A DNA stretch of 64,000 bases, from contig OZ024740.1 in the NCBI GenBank assembly GCA_964016885.1, positions 421,228,001 to 421,292,000 on the forward strand, in the 5' to 3' direction. Both the position numbers and the translations under genes were made by a program. This DNA is from Eledone cirrhosa. Lineage: Eukaryota. Below, one piece after another: positions 13,395-25,109 of this stretch (position 1 is the stretch's first letter; the number at the start of each line of letters is the position of its first letter). The notes under the pieces were generated by a model, which had not been told where the DNA came from, did not search any database, and saw only the letters and a program-made list of their open reading frames with translations.

Positions 13395-16003
13395 GGGGTT
13401 TGATTGGTGTTATGGACTCTACCAACCAAACATTCAAGAACAAAGAGTAAAGAGAGTAAAGAGCAAAAGCAGGGGACAATAAGTCTAATTTTGGTGCGGG
13501 AGGGTGGGGTGTGGGTTCTTGTTTACTAGCTGTGGTCATAGTCATTCCTGGGAGTCGAGTGGTTAGTGGAGCCATAGATGGGGTGGCACCGATAGTAGGG
13601 TGCAGAGGGTGTGCAGAGGCTACACACACACAAAGGGCATACAATATATATATAACAGAGGAGAAAGTACATGAGGTAATTAGAAATGGAATAAGAATAA
13701 TAATAATCTATAGTTAATAATGTATAATAACGCATAGGGAAGATTACACTATAATAAGGTATAAAAGTAAGAATAAGATAAAATATAAAGGAGGATAAAA
13801 ATGAAAATAAGAATAAAAATAAAAAAATAAATATAAAAAATATATAGAGAATATATAAAAAATATAAGCAAGTATTAGAAAGGGAGAAACACAATGTAAA
13901 AAAACAGATTTTGTCAAATAAAAATATTATAAATATGGGGGGAGAAAACGGGAGAGAGAAATATAATCATAATGTGATTAGTTGAGAGAATATAAGATGA
14001 TAATAGTTGTGTCAAGTTTATACATCTTAATAATAAATAATATGTATATCAAAGTTACACATCCTTCAATTCACTTGCAAGTTCAACCCATATGGCATAG
14101 TCCATCGCTCACGTGTGCGTTTGTGTTTGACCCCACAGCAGATGCACAAGTTCGTAAATTTCAATGCAGATAGAAATCTATTTGTGCTTACCCGGACATT
14201 GACGGAGGATCCAATATTCCTAGTTCATTGCCGACCCAATATGTGTGTGGTGTTATTTTGGTCGCACAAATCAAACACTTGGTTCAATATTATGGAGTAT
14301 GATTTTCTGGTCTTTATTACACTATCAGTGGTTGTATATTTTTCTGTAGAAGTCTTCTCTATATGTGGTGTTTGGCATGAATTCCTCCTATAATACTCTT
14401 CTTTGAGAGGAGCACGATATGTAGAGTAACACATATGTATTGTCGCAGTTGAAACTGAGAACCACCACCCCTCCTGCTGACCCAAATGTTTACTGAGGAC
14501 CAGAACACCATTCTCCACAATATAAGAGAGGAATGCGCTTGCCGGAATATTGATGACCAAAACATCACATTCCAAGGTAATGGCAAAACACAGTGAATGG
14601 TAAACACGACCAGAACATCACAACATGCACATCGGAGCAACAGAGATATAATATCAATAAGCGAATCAATTGAATTTTTTGAGTTGAAATACATATAAAT
14701 ATGTGTCTGTATGTATCGGACACACATTCACATGAAGAAACTGCTGACCTAAATGTACCTGTCATGCCTGTCTGAATTCCCAGGAGAATTTTCGGTCAGT
14801 TACTATCTTGACTGCTTACCCTCACAATTACTACGTAGCGGTTCTTGCAGGTGACTGCTAGACCCGGATGAAACGAAGACGAAGAATTTCCTTGCGTACC
14901 GTTTTGTACCACAGATGCGATCTCACTCTGCCTCGTTAATGTTCAATCAACACCAAAGTTCTACGTTCTGGGCAATAGAATTGAATCCAACCACCGACAA
15001 CATAGCTGGATGACCGATAATCACACCAAACCGGAGTACTGTGATCCTTGTGATTTCGAGATATACTATCACTGATAGTGTAACGAAGACCAGAAAACCA
15101 TATTCCATAATATTGAACCAAGTGATTGATTTGTGCGACCAAAATAACACCACGCACATATTGGGTCGGCAATGAACTAGGCATATTGGATCCTCCGTCA
15201 ATGTCCGGGTAAGCACAAATAGATTTCTATCTGCATTGAAATTTACGAACTTGTGCATCTGCTGTGGGGTCAAACACAAACGCACACGACCGCACAGATG
15301 AGCGATGGACTATGCCATATGGGTTGAACTTGCAAGTGAATTGAAGGATGTGTAACTTTGATATACATATTATTTATTATTAAGATGTATAAACTTGACA
15401 CAACTATTATCATCTTATATTCTCTCAACTAATCACATTATGATTATATTTCTCTCTCCCGTTTTCTCCCCCCCATATTTATAATATTTTTATTTGACAA
15501 AATCTGTTTTTTTACATTGTGTTTCTCCCTTTCTAATACTTGCTTATATTTTTTATATATTCTCTATATATTTTTTATATTTATTTTTTTATTTTTATTC
15601 TTATTTTCATTTTTATCCTCCTTTATATTTTATCTTATTCTTACTTTTATACCTTATTATAGTGTAATCTTCCCTATGCCTTATTATACATTATTAACTA
15701 TAGATTATTATTATTCTTATTCCATTTCTAATTTCTCCTCCGTTATATATATATTGTATGCCCTTTGTGTGTGTGTAGCCTCTGCACACCCTCTGCACCC
15801 TACTATCGGTGCCACCCCATCTATGGCTCCACTAACCACTCGACTCCCGGGAATGAATATGACCACAGCTAGTAAACAAGAACCCACACCCCACCCTCCC
15901 GCACCAAAATTAGACTTATTGTCCCCTGCTTTTGCTCTTTACTCTCTTTACTCTTTGTTCTTGAATGTTTAGTTGGTAGAGTCCATAACACCAATCAAAC
16001 CCC

Positions 16004-16063
16004 TTTTATAGCTCTGAAGAATCCTACGGTTACGTAAGGAAGAAACATTGTAAGCCAATAAAA
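16004..16063 (+). ncRNA. Minimal type I hammerhead ribozyme-like motif (right arm)
   Basis: CTGAAGA 16014-16020, stem II tcc-tacg/cgta-(a)-gga, GAAA 16042-16045, stem III AC-att-GT, predicted cut after A16052, stem I gct/agc extended by ttttat/ataaaa; A.A mismatch at base of stem II. Confidence 0.55.
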
Positions 16064-16199
16064 ATTTTTTTTGATGTTGTAGACGCTCTTGTGTTCTTTA
16101 TCATATATACGGCTCTGCTCCAAAGCATAGAGCTAATTATTATGCTGCCAATACCTTAATGGGACACGGGTATACAATACCTAACTCCTATTAACCTAA

Positions 16200-16288
<89 letters not shown>

Positions 16289-16334
16289 TCTACTCCCTAT
16301 ATATCTATATATCTATCAATCTATCTAGCTATAT

Positions 16335-17065
16335 GTGTATCACGCTATCTATACCTGGAAATCCACCAGTTTGAGATAAAATCTACAGGCATGGATCCTG
16401 CCAGAAGAACCTGTCCAAGGTGTGAGCAGAACATTGAAACTGCTCTGCATGCTATTGTCTACTATCCAGGAGTTACTAACCTGTGGAATTATTTTGAGCA
16501 GCTACTGTCACATGTAGAACAAATTCAGTTGTCATCCGAGTCCATTATGTGGATTACCCCACCACCTTCATTTAACACTGAAAGAGAGGCAGTTTTCCTC
16601 AGTCTGGTGGATGTGATACAGAGGACGAGATTAAAAGGACGGAGGGCAAACACCTTCCTCTCTGGACAACAACTCATCCCCTTCTTCAAATATCATTTTA
16701 AAAGGAAGGTGTGAGTGGAGATAAATGTGCTGCACCCCAGTAAATTTACTGAAAGATGAGTGAATATGATAAAAATGGCCTGAGTGAATGGGCCTTCCCT
16801 GTATATAAACCTGTAAGTTGAAGAAGACAAAAGAGAGAAGACTGGAGTACTTAGAAAACATGCTCCTGGTGTTAAGGTTGTTCTATCTATGGGGTATAAA
16901 ATAACCTCACAGTAACGTACCCCTTTGAGGGATTTCAATGGTGTATTTTAATTTTATAACTGTTAAATGTGTTTACATGCTTACTTGTAAAACCCCAACT
17001 GTCACATTTTGTAATGTCCCATTTCTTGTGCGCCCTTGTGGCAAATAAATAAATATAGATATATA
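16335..17065 (+). mobile_element. L1/Tx1-like LINE 3' end (C-terminal zinc-binding region of ORF2 and 3' UTR)
   Basis: [14 protein letters not shown]...LW...[25 protein letters not shown], then tail gcgcccttgtggcaaataaataaa. Confidence 0.75.
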
Positions 17066-17244
17066 GCCTCCACCCCCACTGCCATGTAATACCCTCAGCC
17101 CCCCTCCCCCATTTCCAGAGAGACCTGCCTACATGCAAACTGTAAATAATGTATAATAAAATCATTAATTTATACAAAATATATATTTATTTTACTAATT
17201 TATATATATGTATCATTTGATATTAAATATACTATTATATTATA

Positions 17245-17515
17245 CTAGAGCACCTGTGACCCGTTGGGTCACGTCCACTTCTAAATAATTTTTAAATAAT
17301 TAAAATATAGACAGACGTGTATATGTGAAATGAAACTGGAAGGGCCATATATACGTGTGTGTGTGTGTGTATATATATGTGGGTGTCTGTGATCTATATA
17401 CACTAATCAGACACACACACATATATATATATATATACACAATACCACCAGCTCTCTCTCTCCCATTTGCCCTCTCTCTATATCTCTCTTTCAATCTATT
17501 CTCTCACAACCACTA

Positions 17516-17580
<65 letters not shown>

Positions 17581-17764
17581 ATGAAGGTACCTGGAAAAAC
17601 CCCATATCTCGGGAACCCGTGGTCTGATTTACGCGGAACTTGTTTTATTTCATTTGTATTCCCATTTCAGGGTCAACTTCCTTTCAAAGTATTTTCCCAT
17701 TACACACCCTTTTGGCTGTTACATTACAGACAAGCAAGCAATCGCAGAATTTTAGATATATAGA
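17245..17764 (-). mobile_element. Non-autonomous Helitron with internal (CT)n/(CA)n
   Basis: Minus strand 5' TC, perfect hairpin gtgaccc-gtt-gggtcac a few nt from terminal CTAG (17245-17248), inserted between A and T. Confidence 0.8.
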
Positions 17765-17829
17765 TAGATAAATGTATATGATACTATAATAATATATGAT
17801 AAATTCATGGTTCTCCCAATTCAGCGCCA

Positions 17830-19280
17830 ATAAAGAGACTTTTCTACATATGCAATTATATTCTCAATAAAATAATGCATACATTTACAAAGCATTTTGG
17901 AGAAGTCAATAGTATACCACTAAAACAGTCCACCCAGGTAGGTTTTTAAGGAGGGACTTCAATAAGAAGGATGAGTTTGGTGAAGTGAAAGTAGCGTCTC
18001 AATCTCAGGTTGAATTGTACCAAGAACAAGTCTGAGATCTCCATGTTCCGTAATTCAGAGCTTGCACTGCACTGAGGAAAGGCAAGGAAGAACAATTTGA
18101 CTTTCTTCCAAAGCTCCTGATAGCAATCACGGATAACCTTTTAAAGCCAAAATTCTTGATAGCCCTTGTGGAATTTAGGCTTCAACTCAATGTCACTTTG
18201 AAGAGTTATCAGCTCCTCTTCTACCCCCCCCCCCCCTCTTCTCCACATATGTCAATGAAGGGCTTGACAATCCATTCAGGGACTCGAAGAGCAACAGATC
18301 ATGAAATCATTGCTCCATATCTTCATACAGTTCAGTGAGGTGGGAACAAAAGACAGATCCTTGTCTGGAAGTTTTCAATCCTTTTCAAAAGCAGACAAGC
18401 AAGGAAACTGGAGAGGAGGGGAACAGCCCCTTTAATGTCATCGTCATTGAATTTGGCATTGACGGACTTCTTTAAATTCGGCAATCGACCATTGATTGGA
18501 ACTGAGGTGAGCAGTAACTGGAGTTGAATCAAACAACTCGAACTGCTGTTTTAGGGAAGATGTGAAGGATCTGGATTTCATGTTGGACACGGAGAGAGAC
18601 TAAGGGGCACAAGAATAGTTTCTGCCAATTCAAGATGTTGGATAGCCAGACGTTTTTCAGCAGTTTGGAGAGAGCACGGGTAAAACTAGTCCGAGCTCCT
18701 TCTGGGATACTGTTTGAGTTTCAGCTTAGAAAAGTCCCGGAGGACAGCAGCAAAGTCCTCATTAGAAATCTGAACGTCAGAGTTAGGTTTTGATCTGCAA
18801 AGAAAATCGGAGCTGAAGTGACATTGGTTACACGTCCAGTTTGAGAAACTTTCAACTTGAACCTTAGTAAGGCCAATGCTTCTGTGGTAGCTTAGGAAGC
18901 AGGAGTGACATGTGACTGTCTTTTGGTATTGACTGGTTTGGGAAGAGAGAGCAGTTTGGTGGTGAATTGGTAACATCTGAGGAGTTGACATTATGATTCA
19001 GGTAGAGAGAAGACGGTGGGGATAGGTTAACAAGAGGGGGGGGGGGTGATCAGCATTAACTCTGACAGTGGGACTCGGTTGCGGGGTGGGGGTGGGGGTT
19101 ATGTTGGAGACAAGCTAGCTGTTACAGGAGTGGTGGGGGTGGATGAATAGAACTAATTTCGACAGACTCCAGCAGTGGGAGAGGGATACAAGTTAATTCC
19201 CTTGGAATGAGGGGACAAAGGTTGATAGAATGTAATCCTTTAACCATGCGGGTCTCCTGGTCACTTGGCACATGGCTTAA
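17830..19280 (-). mobile_element. Internally deleted CRE-like (restriction-endonuclease type) non-LTR retrotransposon remnant
   Basis: Degenerate PHD-like CHSC..YH..IGL...WTCNQC, IPEGAR..LSKLL..W.KLF, DIKGAVPLLSS, C-terminal LSAVQ-like segment; RT core not seen. Confidence 0.5.
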
Positions 19281-19619
19281 AATAATTTAGATTTAAATTT
19301 ATTTAAATCTAAATAATGGCAATTTTTTTTTTAAACCTCAATATTTTCTAAGTGACAGTAAATAACGCTACAATCCACAATCGGGATAACATTTAATTAC
19401 TTTGAAATAAATGTTTCTTTAACTTCTCGACAAAGTTACTTCCAGATTTGAAATAAAGTTTGTTCATTATCTTCAATATTTCCAATAAGTATTATTTGTA
19501 TTGGAGTTATGTAATTTTATAACCATAAATATATATACCACATCTTCATAAACATATACACAAATACATATATATACATATATATATCAATGATATTAAT
19601 AAATGGAAACTATATTTAT

Positions 19620-19855
19620 AAAACCATATTTATTCTATTATATATATTTCAAGGGTACCAAAACTTTGGTACGTTCTCATCAGATAAAATACAAAGTTTG
19701 TTTTATAAATATTGACATATATAGGAATGAGACTATATGGTTCAAGTTTTACCTGGATAGTCTATCCAGGTAAAACTTGAACCGTTAAGGTCTCATTCCT
19801 GGACATGTCAATATTTATAAAACAAACTTTGTATTTTATCTGATAAGAGCGTGGT
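19620..19855 (-). mobile_element. Fold-back Penelope-like end fragment (~180-bp hairpin) with hammerhead-like motif
   Basis: Inverted arms 19671-19760 / 19762-19852; minus strand CTGATGA-gaac-gtaccaaa-gt-tttggtac-cctt-GAAA then AATAAA. Confidence 0.55.
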
Positions 19856-19919
19856 AAGAGAAATACGTGCTTATTACTGTATCTGATGATTTGAATGGTG
19901 GAGTAAAACTGCTAGAAAG

Positions 19920-20252
19920 TGCAGCATATGACCATTCCAATTAAATTGTGCTCAACCAACAGAATTGCACCTAGAAAGTTCCCTCCGGGCAAGGTTATTT
20001 GTGGAAGACCAGCAGTCACCCATGTATACCAGTCTCCCCTCTCCATGTCACCGATGTTGTCCAAGGGAAAGGCAATGGCCGATACAGCTTGGCACCAATG
20101 ACATCACAACTCATTTCTACAGCTGAGTAAACTGCAACAACGTGAAATAAAGTGCTTTGGTGAAGAACACAACGCAAAGCCTGGTCTGAGAATCGAACTC
20201 CAAACCTGACTGTAATTGTAAGCTTGCTTCTCTAACCACTAAGCCATGCGCA
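19920..20252 (-). mobile_element. tRNA-headed SINE (same family as 46455-46768)
   Basis: A box tggcttagtgg, B box gagttcgattctc; body ctgtagaaatgagttgtgatgtca..gccaagctgtatcggcc. Confidence 0.85.
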
Positions 20253-20298
20253 TTCATATATACATATATGTGTGTGTATGATTTTATATATATATATG

Positions 20299-20462
20299 GT
20301 TGCATTACCATCTTTGATTGTTTACAGTCTCGCTCGTTCCCCTTATTTACGTGTCCCAACGACTTTCTTTAGCCGTTGCGAGCAATGGCTAAAGAAAGTC
20401 GTTGGGACACGTAAATAAGGGGAACGAGCGAGACTGTAAACAATCAAAGATGGTAATGCAAC
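20299..20462. repeat. Near-perfect 164-bp palindrome (81-bp arms, 2-nt loop) at the end of a (TA)n-flanked element extending to ~20770
   Basis: Arms are exact reverse complements except one G.T pair. Confidence 0.92.
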
Positions 20463-20779
20463 GAAAAGTGAGGAAGAAAGAGTGAAGTCCCAGATTTCTA
20501 TGAATATAAGTTCGGTGAAATCGTGAACGAGAGAGAATAAAGACCATCAAACCTAGTCGAAATGTGAGCAAGATAGGAATTCCGCACAGGTCAAACGGGA
20601 GGAAGTAGGAGAGGTAGTAGCAGAGAGTGAGTGAGTGAAGGGTGAGGAAGAGGCTAACAGAGAGAGTGACTGTTAGAGAGGGTAAAGGGAGGTGAAAGAT
20701 AGAGAGAAAGAGGAAGCAGTAAGAACGAAATAGACGGGTCACAGCGGAGGAAAATATGTGTGAATATGAATATATATAC

Positions 20780-21430
20780 ATCATCATCATCATCATCATC
20801 ATCGTTTAACGTCCATATTCCACGCATGGGTTTGGACGGGAGTTTTCCCACTTGAGGCAAGAGTGGTTGTCTTGCTCGCATAGGACTGTCTGGCAGGTTT
20901 TCTACAGTTGGATACCCTTCCTAACACCAACCACATTTACAGTGTGGAACTGGGAGGTTTTTACCGTGTTGCCTACACGGCCACATTACAGCGTGGACTG
21001 TGTGTTTTTTTTGTCGTGACACCTACATGACCTCATTTGTTTCGGGCTGGATGTTGTGGTACCAACATAACTTTACATTGAAATGGGTGGTGTGGATGGG
21101 GTGGGGGTAGTGGGACAGGGGTGTATTTTGTTAGAGGTGCCTACTGACTGTAGTAGGTTTCACTTTGTACTTAGGTAAGGCGGGTCTTCTCTATTACTGT
21201 GTCGCGCCAAAGATCTCGGTCCAGTGACATTGTCTTGGAGAGGTGTAAGTGTGTGAGGTTGGAATTTATCAAGTCGTCCCAGATTTTTCTGGGTCTGCCT
21301 ACTCCGTGGCTACCGTCTATTTTTATTGCCCTGCACTTTTTTATACAGCTGTCGTCTTTCATGCGCATCACGTGACCATACCAACGTAGTCTTCTCTCAA
21401 GTAAACAACATCTGATCCCTCTTATTTCTA
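20780..21430 (-). mobile_element. RTE-clade LINE 3' end with (GAT)n tail
   Basis: ERRLRWYGHVMRMKDDSCIKKC..GRPRKIW; closely similar to 62245-62910. Confidence 0.9.
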
Positions 21431-21514
21431 ATATATATATATGTATATGGGAGAGACTGAAGAAATTAAAGCTTTACTCCCTGGAGTGGAGATGGGAGAG
21501 ATACGCAGCAAGAC

Positions 21515-22185
21515 CGTTGTCAACCACTCTCCAGCTATCTATTTAAAGCTGTACATGGCTATGGTGCGGCCACACTTAGAATTTGCATCACCAGTCTGGA
21601 ACCCCTATCTTGCTCAGAACATTGACCGCCTGGAAACTATTCAGAGACGTGCAACCAGGCGAATACCCTCCATCAGGCAACTACCATACTCTGAACGCCT
21701 TGCTTCCCTGGGCATGGATACATTGAAGCTCTGGTGTCTGGCAACTGACTTGGTAAACACCCACAAAATTATTAACCATCTTGCCAACAACAACCCTGAG
21801 TACCCTTTTGATTTCCATATGTCTAACACACCTGAGCATGCCCACAAAGTCAGAAAACAGCACAGCTCCAATGACTTTCGGAAACATTTTTCATGCTCAG
21901 TTGTTAGCTGTCGAGACACTGCATCCTTTAAAACCTCCATGGAACAAACTCCCTGCATCAGTTGTTAGCTGTCGAGACACTGCATCCTTTAAAACCTCCA
22001 TGCTTCCTGAGATTTGCCAACACTACACCTAATATTCCCCCTCCATACACATACACACATGTATATCATGACTCATACACTATTCACTTCCCTGACATTT
22101 GTATATTATTCTATGTACTATACATACGCCTTTGGTGAGTTGTAGTGCACCTGAGCATTTTACACAATAATTTCATTATTATTAT
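21515..22185 (+). mobile_element. CR1-group LINE 3' fragment with (ATT)n tail
   Basis: LYMAMVRPHLEFASPVWNPY..LETIQRRATR..YSERLASLG; second copy at 27945-28463. Confidence 0.9.
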
Positions 22186-22570
22186 ATACATATGGAAGAT
22201 CCTAGAAGGGATAGTATCAAACTTCGGCATTGAATGCAGGACCCGTCTACAAACAGGTCGCCACTGTGTAGCCAAAGGTCCCATCCTTCAAATCAAGAAT
22301 AAGGACCAACCACATACTGTAATAGCCTGGTGTTCAAGAGACCCTAGATTTTTAATAAGCTGCCAAAAAATCTGAGAGATCTACATGGTGTACATGTAGA
22401 TATTTTTAAGAGACATCTTGACATTCTACTGACTGAGATCCTGTATGAACCTACAGCACGAGGTGAATCACAAACAAGAGCAGCAGCAACAAACTCCCTT
22501 TTGTATCAATGGCCAACCAGGGAAGGCTGACTATAGATAGTGTAGAATCGGTGGCAGTGCCCCAGCATGG
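22186..22570 (+). mobile_element. Second CR1-group LINE 3' fragment (different family)
   Basis: YIWKILEGIVSNFGI..PRFL/FN.LPKNLRDL..VDIFKRHLD-like translation with frameshifts. Confidence 0.65.
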
Positions 22571-22574
22571 CCTC

Positions 22575-24588
22575 AGTGACAGAAAGAATGCTAGCACAAC
22601 TAATTAGAGAAAGGGTGAAATTAGATGAGATGCAGTTTGGTTTTGTTCATGGGAAAAGTACAACAGATGCCCTCTTCTTAGTGAGACAACTACAAGAGAG
22701 GTTTGTAGCAGGAGTTGCCTCCCTTGTTGTGACACTCACATCACCAATAGATTAACGCTCTCTAGATAGGAAGTAGAACCCTTTCTGTCACTTCCGTTCC
22801 AACCCTATAAAGGGAATAACTTTAAGCTCCCTATCTCTCATTTGCCCTTTCTCTCACGCACCAACTAAGTGTCGCATTCCACTGTATGTATATACATGTT
22901 TTTCGTTTCTTCTTACAACGAACACTTTAAAAACAAAAAAAAGAAATTTGATTTTTTTTTTACACATTTCAACATGAACATTTATTTTCGATGAATCTCA
23001 ACTATTGCCTTTTTTCATCATTTTCTTCATCGTTCACAAAAAAAAATTGAACTCGCCATATTTGTTATACTAAGTGAAGCCTTTCTTTCTTTTTCATCAT
23101 ATTGTCACTTTCACACACACATTTTTTCAAAATGGCTGCCAACGACCTGTTGCACTATCATTTTCTCGCGCAATAGAAATATTTTTTTTCAACTTAACCT
23201 TGTTTTGGCACGTGTAGGCAGCACAATTCTCGACTCACGGAGATAACCACACGCCAGAGATAACGTTTCTCGCCAAGGATTCTCCAGCCTTAAGCTATAT
23301 TCTCCTATTTGCCGGTTTAAAAATTTACCACGTAAATTTGCCGTTGAAAACTGCGCATTTATTCAGAATGCTTATTTCTTTGGTCGCTGGCCTCTTGATC
23401 CTTCCAGGTCAACGCATTCTCAACATCGACCATCAACTTCGGCTGTTATTTCTAGCAGTTTGCGCAACTCATTTTTTCTGAAAATTTTTTTACTGTGAAT
23501 TTAAACATCGTATACGCTCACTCCGCGAGACAACATCAACAGCAACACAGCTTCATCAACAACCAAAACCAGCAGAACAAGCCAGAGAATTTATTTTTGC
23601 AGCACTCTTCCTGTGAGAAAATCCATTCGGAGGTTGGAAATTTCACGTTATACCACAGAACAGAAACCACCTGCATTCATTCTCTGGAACACACTTTCTT
23701 TCCTGCTGTCATGTGATTGCACACCTGTGAACTGTATTTTGAACTTTGAGCTCTTCTCTTACTTTGATTACATTGTATCTTTGGGTGATGGATAGATAGA
23801 TGTTCAGTCGTTCTCTGGCCAAGAGCGGTTGGCTACCTTGATATCTATCATTGATTTTTGCATGCATATATTTTGCTGTTTTCCTATTATTGCAAACATT
23901 AGTTTTTTCGTAATTTTCATGCCTGTTACAACATTCTCGCCAACTTACTACATACATATTTCATTCGATTTTTATATTTTAAAAATCTGGCGGGAGATAA
24001 TGTAGCAGGAGTTGCCTCCCTTGTTGTGACACTCACATCACCAATAGATTAACGCTCTCTAGATAGGAAGTAGAACCCTTTCTGTCACTTCCGTTCCAAC
24101 CCTATAAAGGGAATAACTTTAAGCTCCCTATCTCTGATTTGCCCTTTCGGTTCCTGGCCTTTGGCCAGGCGCGTTCGCCTGGCAACCAAACGGTAACTAA
24201 TAACTTTGCTTCATTCTTTCATCTATTCATTGACATGTCAACTATACTGTTCTATATATCCACAAATTGTTAAATATTATACACACAAACCACGTCTTGT
24301 TATATTCATACACACCACCATTGTTATAGGTTCTTAGAGAAGAATAAGCCACTATACTTAGCTTTTGTTGACCTAGAGAAGGCCTTTGTCAGTAAAGTGA
24401 GAATAGGAATGGAGTTTAGTGAGGAATTCCAGATACAAGTAGGAGTACATCAGGGTTCGGTCCTCAGCCTGCTCTTGTTCATTACAGTTCTCCAAACCAT
24501 AACAGAGGAGTTTGAGACTGGCTACCCATGGGAACTTCTCTATGCTGACAATCTAGTAGTTACAGCAGAATCAGTAGAGGAGCTATAA
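22575..24588 (+). mobile_element. RTE reverse transcriptase fragment split by an LTR insertion (22575-22703 and 24329-24588)
   Basis: LDEMQFGFVHGKSTTDALFLVRQLQER joins in frame to FLEKNKPLYLAFVDLEKAF once the insertion and one GGTT copy are removed; then GVHQGSVLS..ELLYADN. Confidence 0.9.
22704..24328 (+). mobile_element. Non-coding, internally deleted LTR retroelement (truncated 5' LTR 22704-~22853, 3' LTR 24001-24328)
   Basis: About 150-bp direct repeat starting TGTAGCA, purine tract ggcgggagataa before the 3' LTR, GGTT target-site duplication (22700-22703 / 24329-24332). Confidence 0.85.
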
Positions 24589-24609
24589 GTTATATTATAT
24601 ATATATTGA

Positions 24610-24986
24610 GGCACATGGCTTAGTGGTTAGCGCATTGGGCTTGCAAGGTTGTGAGTTCAATTCTCAGACCGGGTGATGTGTTGTTTCCTTGAGCGAGACA
24701 CTTTATTTCACATTGCTCCAGTTTACTCAGCTGTAGAAATGAGATGATAGGACTGGGGTCCCTATCATTCCACTGCAAAGTGGTCGTGGAGGTACCACGG
24801 CAAAAAAGCACCCAGCCCACACTGTAAAGTGGACGTGTAGGTGTCACGGAAAAAAAGCACCCAGCACTCACTGTAAATGAGGTTGGTGTTAGGAAGGGCA
24901 TCCAGCTGTAGAAATTAAGCCAGAGAATCAGGTCCCGTCCCACCCATGCAAGCAGGGAAAAGCGGACGTAAAATGATGATGATGAT
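24610..24986 (+). mobile_element. tRNA-headed SINE with RTE-like 3' tail and (GAT)n
   Basis: A box tggcttagtgg, B box gagttcaattctc, tail ttaggaagggcatccagctgtagaaa..cccatgcaagcagggaaaagcggacgtaaaatgatgat. Confidence 0.88.
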
Positions 24987-25109
24987 ATATATATGTTATA
25001 TATATATAAGAAAAAGAATTTGAAAATGCAACTGGTATCTTTTTAAGAATATTTATTTATTTCCTTTACTGGTTTCACAGTTCTTTTGCTTTTCAAAACT
25101 AGAATCGAG

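Larger units (their letters stand above)
13296..16200 (+). mobile_element. Penelope-like element remnant with inverted pseudo-LTRs (~1.04-kb arms 13296-14339 and 15061-16102, plus ~100-bp tail), inserted in (TA)n
   Basis: Arms are near-identical reverse complements; each outer end has a minimal hammerhead motif then an AATAA(A) signal; (TA)n on both flanks; no intact RT or GIY-YIG ORF seen. Confidence 0.7.

Noticed and set aside
14225-15285. Protein-coding ORFs inside the inverted element
   Set aside because: Short, duplicated only because of the inverted arms; no recognisable RT or GIY-YIG motif with confidence.
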